A stretch of DNA of 7,839 nt from a virus (IMGVR_UViG_2690315922_000017:1-7839); one strand, 5' to 3'. Shown: positions 1-4,991, counted from the first letter of the stretch. Translations and numbers: made by a program. Notes: generated by a model not told the origin, from the sequence alone.

Positions 1-57
1 TTAAAATTCCATTTGTATTTGTTCAGAACGCTCGGTCTTGCACACCGGGCGTTTTTT
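1..57 (+). ncRNA. OOP-like antisense RNA, 3' portion with intrinsic terminator (5' end and promoter lie beyond the window start)
   Basis: Plus-strand hairpin CGCTCGGT(29-36)/ACCGGGCG(44-51) with one G-U pair and a 7-nt loop, followed by TTTTTTATT (52-60). The segment GTTCAGAACGCTCGG...CCGGGCGTTTTTTATT closely resembles my recollection of the 3' end of phage lambda OOP RNA, and it lies antisense to the 3' end of cII exactly as OOP does in lambda. Confidence 0.5.
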
Positions 58-300
58 ATTGGTGAGTCCATCAAGCGCATACTTAAAAGCCCTGCTAATC
101 GGACTGATGTCTGATGCCATTCCAAAAGCACACAAGACCGAAGCAATAAATCTCCAGTCCGTTCTGCTTATCTTCGATTCATGACAGCCAATCATCTTTG
201 CCAGACCGCGCTGGGTAAGCGTTGACAGGTTGATGAGTAAATCTGTTTCTGCGCGATCAACGTCGCGCTGTGATAGTTTGCTGTAACTTGTTTGTTCCAT
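1..300 (-). CDS. cII: CII-like transcriptional activator (lysogeny establishment)
   Basis: Minus-strand ORF of 99 aa with ATG at 300. The C-terminus ...TNKKRPVCKTERSEQIQMEF and the HTH-like centre (...ESKISRTDW...) match recalled lambda CII (...TNKKRPAATERSEQIQMEF). It sits downstream of cro and nutR on the pR transcript. Confidence 0.85.
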   Translation of the reverse strand: MEQTSYSKLSQRDVDRAETDLLINLSTLTQRGLAKMIGCHESKISRTDWRFIASVLCAFGMASDISPISRAFKYALDGLTNKKRPVCKTERSEQIQMEF

Positions 301-310
301 TTCTTATGAT
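278..310 (+). promoter_or_regulatory. pRE-like CII-dependent promoter: TTGC(278-281)-N6-TTGT(288-291) flanking a poor -35, with -10 TATGAT (305-310)
   Basis: The direct tetranucleotide repeat lies inside cII codons 2-8 on the opposite strand and ends 9 nt from the cII start codon complement, the same geometry as the lambda CII site. A 17-bp spacer leads to TATGAT, which would drive plus-strand transcription antisense to cro and towards cI. Confidence 0.4.
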
Positions 311-328
311 TTCCAATAGTGAATATTA

Positions 329-350
329 CGCATCTGTTGATGCGTTTTTT
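329..350 (+). terminator. Hairpin plus T6 on the plus strand (possible attenuator of pRE transcript); function uncertain
   Basis: CGCATC(329-334), loop TGTT, GATGCG(339-344), then TTTTTT(345-350). On the minus strand the hairpin is preceded rather than followed by the homopolymer run, so it is terminator-like only for plus-strand RNA. Confidence 0.3.
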
Positions 351-352
351 GT

Positions 353-390
353 GGGGACGAATCATCCCCGACCTGATTGTTTAAAGAGCG
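353..390 (-). promoter_or_regulatory. nutR (boxA CGCTCTTTAA + boxB hairpin GGGGATGATTCGTCCCC) for N-dependent antitermination
   Basis: Read on the minus strand: boxA-like CGCTCTTTAA (390->381), an 11-nt spacer, then a 17-nt hairpin (369->353) identical to the hairpin at nutL. It lies between cro and cII, as in lambda. Confidence 0.6.
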
Positions 391-397
391 GTGTTAC

Positions 398-622
398 TTA
401 TGCTGCCTGATTCGGTTTTGGAAACAGGTGTGGCAAATCGGGGCGAATTTCGTAAGCCTTGATCTGCCCTCCAGTGGCGTTAACGATGGCGGTAACTTTC
501 TCTGGAGAGACCAACCCGCCTTTCAGCCATTTGTGTACTGCTGGCTGCGTTACACCACACTTGTCGGCAAGGCGTTTTTGGCTACCGACAATTTTCAAGG
601 CTCGTTGAATTACTAAATTCAT
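398..622 (-). CDS. cro: Cro-like repressor, YdaS-type HTH (Cro/CI superfamily)
   Basis: Minus-strand ORF. The preferred start is the ATG at 622 because AAGAGG sits 7 nt upstream; the ORF-track start at 643 and the Met at 628 have no usable SD. The HTH segment ...GSQKRLADKCGVTQPAVHKWLKG...ATGGQIKAYEIRPD resembles recalled E. coli Rac prophage YdaS. It is first on the pR transcript, divergent from cI. Confidence 0.8.
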   Translation of the reverse strand: MNLVIQRALKIVGSQKRLADKCGVTQPAVHKWLKGGLVSPEKVTAIVNATGGQIKAYEIRPDLPHLFPKPNQAA

Positions 623-655
623 GAGCATACCTCTTGTGGTCATTACTTATAACCA

Positions 656-726
656 AAGATAACTCAAGTTATAAAAAATAGCAATAACCTTTGTTATTTT
701 ACTTTGGATAACCGTAGTTATAGATT
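656..726. promoter_or_regulatory. oR region with three operators (659-672 ATAACTCAAGTTAT; 684-697 ATAACCTTTGTTAT; 708-721 ATAACCGTAGTTAT), divergent pR and pRM
   Basis: Three 14-bp ATAAC-N4-GTTAT palindromes with 24-25 bp centre spacing. pR on the minus strand: -35 TTGCTA (684->679), 17-bp spacer, -10 TATCTT (661->656). pRM on the plus strand: -35 TTTACT (698-703), 17-bp spacer, -10 TAGATT (721-726), placing +1 at about the cI ATG (leaderless, as in lambda). Confidence 0.6.
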
Positions 727-733
727 TGTGGGT

Positions 734-1441
734 ATGAAAACATTCGCAGAAAGACTAAATGCAGCCATGAGCTCAGCAGGTGTGTCGCAATCACAGCTTG
801 CTGACATGGTTGGAATATCTCAGCCAGCCATACAGAAGATGTCATCCGGTAAAACAAACGGATCTCGCAAGATGGTTGAATTAGCCAATGCTTTAAAAGT
901 ACGCCCTGAATGGCTTAGCTCTGGTATTGGTGAAATGAGGGATGGTACACATGAAGAACCATCCAATGTCCGTGAATCATCTTTAAAAGCTGTGGTATGG
1001 GAAGATATTAAAAGAAACGATGACGAGTTTGTCGCGTTGCCTCTTCTTAACGTTTCGCTTTCAGCTGGAAGCGGTAGCTGCGAGCTAGAGGAATCATCAG
1101 AGTTCTCTTTGGTTTTCAGAAAGTACTATCTGAAAAAGATGGGGGTATCTGAAAGATCAGCCAAGCTAGTTAGGGTTGTAGGGCAAAGCATGGAACCAAC
1201 GCTTCACGACGGAGATGTTGTTGGCGTTAACACACAAGATACCACAATCAGAGATGGTAAAACCTACGCTATTTGCCAGTCTGATTTGTTACGAGTAAAA
1301 ACATTAATCGCCACCCCAACATCGGTGATAATCAGATCAATAAATCGCGAAGAGTACCCAGATGAAGTAATGGATAGAGATGAATTTCATGAAACCGTAA
1401 GGATTATTGGCAGAGTATTCTGGTCGTCTCATAGTTGGTAA
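734..1441 (+). CDS. cI: CI-like prophage repressor (N-terminal HTH, C-terminal LexA/S24-type autopeptidase domain)
   Basis: HTH ...QSQLADMVGISQPAIQKMSSGK..., Ala-Gly cleavage site within LSAGSGS, Ser in GQSMEP and Lys in LRVKTL (S24 Ser/Lys dyad). Start chosen at ATG 734; the ORF-track start at 704 is a TTG inside operator 3. Confidence 0.85.
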   Translation: MKTFAERLNAAMSSAGVSQSQLADMVGISQPAIQKMSSGKTNGSRKMVELANALKVRPEWLSSGIGEMRDGTHEEPSNVRESSLKAVVWEDIKRNDDEFVALPLLNVSLSAGSGSCELEESSEFSLVFRKYYLKKMGVSERSAKLVRVVGQSMEPTLHDGDVVGVNTQDTTIRDGKTYAICQSDLLRVKTLIATPTSVIIRSINREEYPDEVMDRDEFHETVRIIGRVFWSSHSW

Positions 1442-1481
1442 CCGATAATCAGAAGAAGACTTACGGAAGTGCGGAGGGATA

Positions 1482-1778
1482 ATGGAATTTCTGATAGTTC
1501 TTGTTGTTGTTTTGGTCATCATTCTTTTTGTTTTGCTAAGCATTAGCAAAAAGCTATCTCAAATGATTGAACATAGCTCTAATCGCGCAAAAGAAGAAGA
1601 CCATCTAATTGATATAAAAGAGATTCTCTCTGATATAAAAATCACATTAGATGAAATAAAATACACAACAGATCTAATTGAACAGTATAAAATACCAACC
1701 ACAAACGAGAGAAAAGCAATAGATCAATATCGTATTGACTTAGAAATCGACGAAATGCTAAGCAAAAGAAAAGACTAA
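1482..1778 (+). CDS. Small single-pass membrane protein with charged helical C-terminal domain; moron in the rex position (function unknown, candidate exclusion/defence protein)
   Basis: ATG 1482 preceded by GGAGG (1473-1477). N-terminal hydrophobic segment FLIVLVVVLVIILFVLLSI, then a K/E/D/I-rich helical region. About 30% GC by hand count, much lower than flanking genes. It is 40 bp downstream of cI and followed by an intrinsic terminator. Confidence 0.7.
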   Translation: MEFLIVLVVVLVIILFVLLSISKKLSQMIEHSSNRAKEEDHLIDIKEILSDIKITLDEIKYTTDLIEQYKIPTTNERKAIDQYRIDLEIDEMLSKRKD

Positions 1779-1782
1779 AAAC

Positions 1783-1810
1783 ACCCGGCCTCAGCGCCGG
1801 GTTTTCTTTT
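1783..1810 (+). terminator. Rho-independent terminator ending the cI-moron transcription unit
   Basis: Stem ACCCGGC(1783-1789)/GCCGGGT(1796-1802), 6-nt loop, then TTTTCTTTT. The reverse complement also has a T-run, so it may be bidirectional. Confidence 0.7.
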
Positions 1811-1931
1811 CCTGCCGTCCCCCACCCAATCAACCATCCTCATCATAGACAAGCATCAAGCCAAAGGTAGCACCTTCACCCCGCACGCAAGCCTTCAAAC
1901 ACCAATCAATCAGCAACATTTACAAAAATAA

Positions 1932-2017
1932 AATACCTTTGTTATCCATCACTTATAACTTACTTACCACAAAATATAAACTAAGTTATTGACCACACCT
2001 ATAACCTAAGTTATCTT
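1932..2017 (+). promoter_or_regulatory. oL/pL: operator sites (1932-1945 degenerate, 1976-1989 ATAAACTAAGTTAT, 2001-2014 ATAACCTAAGTTAT) and pL -35 TTGACC (1989-1994), -10 TATCTT (2012-2017)
   Basis: Same ATAAC-N4-GTTAT operator family as oR. The promoter uses a 17-bp spacer and the same -10 hexamer as pR, with operators overlapping the -35 and the spacer/-10. It is oriented towards nutL and N. Confidence 0.55.
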
Positions 2018-2062
2018 TAAGCCATCAGCAGGACGCAGGAAGCCAAACGGAACAGATTGGCA

Positions 2063-2101
2063 GGCTCTTTAACATTGATGGAATGGGGATGATTCGTCCC
2101 C
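2063..2101 (+). promoter_or_regulatory. nutL (boxA GCTCTTTAA 2064-2072; boxB hairpin GGGGATGATTCGTCCCC 2085-2101)
   Basis: The boxB 17-mer is identical to the reverse complement of 353-369 (nutR). boxA matches the CGCTCTT(T)A consensus. It lies about 40 nt downstream of the predicted pL start and upstream of N. Confidence 0.6.
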
Positions 2102-2256
2102 ACCAAAGAGAGGTTGGCTTTGGGATTTGATGAATGCGCAGGTCGATGCGCTACCACTTAGCGGTGAGCACCTGCATTTTGGGCAGGATGGATAGCCGCA
2201 ATAAGGGGATCGACACATGACATCAAATCACCAAAGTCAATCATCGGAGGTATCCA

Positions 2257-2463
2257 GTGAAAGCAAGAGAGATTCGCAAACTCGAACGCGCTCGTAAGCA
2301 CAAAGAGGCGACAGCAAAACGTAAAAATATTGACCGTGTTTCAATGGTGGTTTCGCTAGCAGGAGCGAATAGGAAGAAGGTTGAATGTGGTTCGTGCTGC
2401 CTGCCAAACGTAGCCATTTACGCGGCAGGCTACCGGAAATCAAAACAACTGACGGCGAGGTGA
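2257..2463 (+). CDS. N: N-like transcription antitermination protein (arginine-rich motif at N-terminus)
   Basis: GTG start at 2257 with GGAGG (2246-2250) 6 nt upstream; an in-frame stop at 2218-2220 precludes a longer ORF. N-terminal ARM KAREIRKLERARKHKEATAKRK. The C-terminal ...IDRV..SLAG..K.VE.GS..LP.VA.YAAG.RKSKQ.TAR resembles my recollection of P22 gene 24 (N). Confidence 0.7.
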   Translation: MKAREIRKLERARKHKEATAKRKNIDRVSMVVSLAGANRKKVECGSCCLPNVAIYAAGYRKSKQLTAR

Positions 2464-2484
2464 CGATCTCCCGCCGTCGAGGCA

Positions 2485-3024
2485 CTAAATTAACTCATCA
2501 GCTTTACCAGCAAAGCGCATATAACACTCATGGAACCAGACGTCAGGTATAACAAATTTCTCTTTACCTGACGCGCTGTAAGTCACACCTGAGCGATGGA
2601 GAAGGCCTTTTCTCATAAGAGATAAAGCGACCGGATCGCCGTGCTTAAGTACGATTTTGTTATTTGCCATAACAGCAAATGCTAAAACCTCTTTTTCCTG
2701 AATACTCAGAGAATTGAACAGGCGCTCAGTCTCCACAATTACTTTAGCTTCATCTCTCTTACTGAGATATTTTTTATATCTTTCTGAAGATGCCAGAAAG
2801 ATAAACTCCATCACCCTGTTCAGAACATAACTGATACACAAAAGCATTGCGTAATACATCCAGTGTTCTGGAAGTATTTCAGGGTTCCTTATATCTACCC
2901 ACTCTTTAATTGATGCTGGGGTGATTATTATCAAGGCAATTAAAATAATAAGCATATGAATTAACTGTTGTAGCGTAAGACCACGCAGGAAGAAACGTAA
3001 TAGTTCCTGCCACCAGTTACTCAT
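2485..3024 (-). CDS. sieB: SieB-like superinfection exclusion (abortive infection) membrane protein
   Basis: Minus-strand ORF of 179 aa with ATG at 3024 and GGAG 8-11 nt upstream. The MSNWWQELLRFF N-terminus is followed by two hydrophobic helices. It is oriented opposite to N and immediately downstream of it, as sieB is in lambda and P22. AT-rich. Confidence 0.7.
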   Translation of the reverse strand: MSNWWQELLRFFLRGLTLQQLIHMLIILIALIIITPASIKEWVDIRNPEILPEHWMYYAMLLCISYVLNRVMEFIFLASSERYKKYLSKRDEAKVIVETERLFNSLSIQEKEVLAFAVMANNKIVLKHGDPVALSLMRKGLLHRSGVTYSASGKEKFVIPDVWFHECYMRFAGKADELI

Positions 3025-3039
3025 CGGTGAATCTCCATC

Positions 3040-3090
3040 ATTCTCTCTGTAGGGGTGAATAGAGTTTATCCGATTTCTCGCTGTAGGGGT
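3040..3090. repeat. Direct repeat pair TCTCnCTGTAGGGGT (3042-3056 and 3076-3090) upstream of sieB
   Basis: Two copies match at 14 of 15 positions, 34 bp apart, 18-66 bp upstream of the sieB start codon on the minus strand. Confidence 0.6.
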
Positions 3091-3150
3091 ACACGAGAAC
3101 CACCGAGCCTGATGTGGTTAAAAGACAGGCATACGAATAAACACTGCACT

Positions 3151-3178
3151 GTGTATTCATTCCAACGAGTGAATACAC
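3151..3178. repeat. Perfect 9-bp inverted repeat GTGTATTCA-N10-TGAATACAC
   Basis: Arms at 3151-3159 and 3170-3178 in the sieB-cIII intergenic region. Possible protein-binding palindrome or RNA hairpin. Confidence 0.6.
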
Positions 3179-3240
3179 GGAGCAATGTCGATCGTAACTA
3201 AACAGGAGCCGACTTGTTCTGATCATTGGAAATCTTCTTT

Positions 3241-3265
3241 GCCCTCCTGTGTGAGGGCCTTTTTA
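3241..3265 (+). terminator. tL1-like intrinsic terminator within the pL operon upstream of cIII
   Basis: Stem GCCCTC(3241-3246)/GAGGGC(3253-3258), loop CTGTGT, then CTTTTTAT. The reverse complement has no T-run, so it is plus-strand specific. Confidence 0.4.
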
Positions 3266-3327
3266 TATGCATACCAATAACGTTTCACTCGAGGCGTTTT
3301 TCGTTATGTATAAATAAGGAGCACACC

Positions 3328-3468
3328 ATGCAATATGCCATTGCAGGGTGGCCTGTTGCTGGCTGCCCTTCCGAATCTTTACTTGAACGAATCACCCGTA
3401 AATTACGTGACGGGTGGAAACGCCTTATCGACATACTTAATCAGCCAGGAGTTCCCCAAAATGGATAA
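3328..3468 (+). CDS. cIII: CIII (FtsH inhibitor stabilising CII)
   Basis: ATG 3328 with AAGGAG 6-7 nt upstream. The 46-aa product MQYAIAGWPVAGCPSESLLERITRKLRDGWKRLIDILNQPGVPQNG is near-identical to recalled lambda CIII. The ORF-track start at 3226 is an unsupported N-terminal extension. Confidence 0.8.
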   Translation: MQYAIAGWPVAGCPSESLLERITRKLRDGWKRLIDILNQPGVPQNG

Positions 3469-3574
3469 AACACTTATGGCTATCCAGACTAAATTCACTA
3501 TCGCAACTTTTATTGGCGATGAAAAGATGTTTCGTGAGGCCGTCGAAGCCTACAGGAAATGGAGGTCAAAATGA
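3461..3574 (+). CDS. kil: Kil-like host cell division inhibitor
   Basis: The 37-aa product MDKTLMAIQTKFTIATFIGDEKMFREAVEAYRKWRSK matches recalled lambda Kil (MDQTLMAIQTKFTIATFIGDEKMFREAV...). Its start overlaps the cIII stop by 8 nt. The ORF-track start at 3335 is an out-of-context extension. Confidence 0.75.
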   Translation: MDKTLMAIQTKFTIATFIGDEKMFREAVEAYRKWRSK

Positions 3575-3759
3575 TTCCGGTAGAACTGGCGAAAACTCCA
3601 GAGTTAAGTCGATTAAAAAGAGAATATCACATTGCTGAGGCTCGTTACTGGCGTAAAGCGGGAGATAAATCAAAGAAACAACTTTGTTTATGGCAGGCAC
3701 AAAGAGAGCGCATGAATGAGCGCGAGTTTCTTTCCTCCCCATCCGAATTACCATTCTGA
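3571..3759 (+). CDS. Hypothetical small basic protein (62 aa), translationally coupled to kil
   Basis: ATG 3571 overlaps the kil TGA (ATGA) and has GGAGG (3561-3565) upstream. Product MIPVELAKTPELSRLKREYHIAEARYWRKAGDKSKKQ...; no family recognised. Confidence 0.5.
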   Translation: MIPVELAKTPELSRLKREYHIAEARYWRKAGDKSKKQLCLWQAQRERMNEREFLSSPSELPF

Positions 3760-3767
3760 GGTGAATT

Positions 3768-4475
3768 ATGGATTTGAATAAATTCGATGAGCCATTCAGC
3801 CCCGAAGATATCGAATGGCGAATACAGCAAAGCGGTAAAACACGCGATGGCAAGGTGTGGGCTATGGTGCTGGCTTATGTCACGAACCGGGCAATCATGA
3901 AACGCCTGGACGATGTTTGCGGCAAAGCAGGATGGCGCAATGAATACCGCGATATTCCCAACAACGGCGGAGTTGAATGCGGCATATCAATCAAGATTGA
4001 TTCCGAATGGGTAACCAAATGGGATGCTGCTGAAAACACGCAGGTAGAAGCCGTCAAAGGTGGTCGTTCAGGTGCAATGAAGCGCGCTGCCGTTCAGTGG
4101 GGAATCGGTCGGTATCTGTATAACCTTGAGGAAGGTTTCGCACAAACATCTCTCGATAAAAAGCAGGGGTGGCACAGGGCAAAACTGAAAGATGGAACAG
4201 GATTTTACTGGCTCCCTCCATCGCTGCCGGGATGGGCAATCCCAGCATCAGATAACAAACCATCACCAGAAAATACCAACCAGAAATCTCCATCGGTTGA
4301 CTGCGAACAAATCCTGAAAGACTTCAGCGATTATGCGTCAACAGAAACTGACAAGAAAAAACTCATCGAGCGTTATCAGCGTGACTGGCAATTAATGGCT
4401 GGCAACGAGGAGGCGCAGGCTAAATGCGTTCAGGTAATGAACATCAGAGTTAACGAACTAAAACAGGCGGCATAA
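3768..4475 (+). CDS. Rad52/Sak-family single-strand annealing protein (phage recombinase)
   Basis: Motifs KRLDDVCGKAGWRNEY and GAMKRAAVQWGIGRYLY are typical of Rad52-family phage annealases. GAGGTG SD; stop is immediately followed by the ssb ATG. Confidence 0.75.
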   Translation: MDLNKFDEPFSPEDIEWRIQQSGKTRDGKVWAMVLAYVTNRAIMKRLDDVCGKAGWRNEYRDIPNNGGVECGISIKIDSEWVTKWDAAENTQVEAVKGGRSGAMKRAAVQWGIGRYLYNLEEGFAQTSLDKKQGWHRAKLKDGTGFYWLPPSLPGWAIPASDNKPSPENTNQKSPSVDCEQILKDFSDYASTETDKKKLIERYQRDWQLMAGNEEAQAKCVQVMNIRVNELKQAA

Positions 4476-4991
4476 ATGGCAAGCAGAGGCGTAAATAAGG
4501 TGATCATTATTGGTCGCCTTGGTCATGATCCAGAAATCAGATATTCACCATCAGGAACGGCATTTGCAAACCTTACCGTTGCTACGTCAGAACAATGGTG
4601 TGATAAGCAAACTGGAGAGCAAAAGGAGCAGACGGAGTGGCACCGTGTGGTAATGAGCGGGAAACTGGCAGAAATTGCCAGCGAATATCTGCGAAAAGGT
4701 TCTGAGGTTTATCTTGAAGGCAAATTGCGGACAAGAAAATGGCAAGATCAAAGCGGACAGGATCGGTTCACTACCGAAGTCATCGTGGGCGTTGGTGGAA
4801 CCATGCAAATGCTTGGTGGCAAGCAAGGAGGAAATGAACAGTCTTCTCATCAGCGAAATAACGGTCAGCAACAAAGACAGCAACCTCAGCAGCAAGGGAA
4901 TCACAGCGAACCACCTATGGATTTTGACGACGATATCCCCTTTGCACCAGTAACTCTCCCCTTCCCTCGTCACGCTATTCACGCAATTTAA
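4476..4991 (+). CDS. ssb: Single-stranded DNA-binding protein SSB, with 15-aa extension beyond the canonical DDDIPF tip
   Basis: N-terminal OB-fold region [23 protein letters not shown]...TEWHRVV...[10 protein letters not shown] closely resembles E. coli SSB, followed by a Q/G-rich linker and ...[11 protein letters not shown], then [15 protein letters not shown] before the TAA. Confidence 0.85.
   Translation: MASRGVNKVIIIGRLGHDPEIRYSPSGTAFANLTVATSEQWCDKQTGEQKEQTEWHRVVMSGKLAEIASEYLRKGSEVYLEGKLRTRKWQDQSGQDRFTTEVIVGVGGTMQMLGGKQGGNEQSSHQRNNGQQQRQQPQQQGNHSEPPMDFDDDIPFAPVTLPFPRHAIHAI

Noticed and set aside
377-616. Plus-strand ORF of 79 aa overlapping cro
   Set aside because: It is entirely antisense to the well-supported cro gene, with no RBS and an odd composition (MFKERCYLCCLIRFWKQVW...).
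704-733. ORF-track N-terminal extension of cI starting at TTG 704
   Set aside because: The TTG lies inside operator 3 and the pRM -10. ATG 734 gives a leaderless start analogous to lambda cI.
2130-2195. 21-codon mini-ORF (MNAQVDALPLSGEHLHFGQDG) in the N leader
   Set aside because: No convincing SD and too short to evaluate. Noted only as a possible leader peptide.
2399-2430. 7-bp inverted repeat GCCTGCC-N18-GGCAGGC inside the N coding region
   Set aside because: Short stem with a long loop inside a coding sequence; no flanking signal suggests function. Probably incidental.
3038-3226. Minus-strand ORF of 62 aa in the sieB-cIII intergenic region
   Set aside because: No credible RBS. Its sequence, including the repeated CSVYS, is generated by the inverted and direct repeats of the regulatory region, and it runs antisense to the pL transcript.
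3226-3327. ORF-track N-terminal extensions of cIII (from 3226) and kil (from 3335)
   Set aside because: The extensions run through a terminator hairpin or the preceding gene and lack an RBS. The internal ATGs at 3328 and 3461 give products matching CIII and Kil.
4587-4982. Minus-strand ORF of 131 aa and plus-strand ORF 4675..4953 overlapping ssb
   Set aside because: Both lie within the strongly supported ssb reading frame region and have low-complexity translations typical of off-frame reads.
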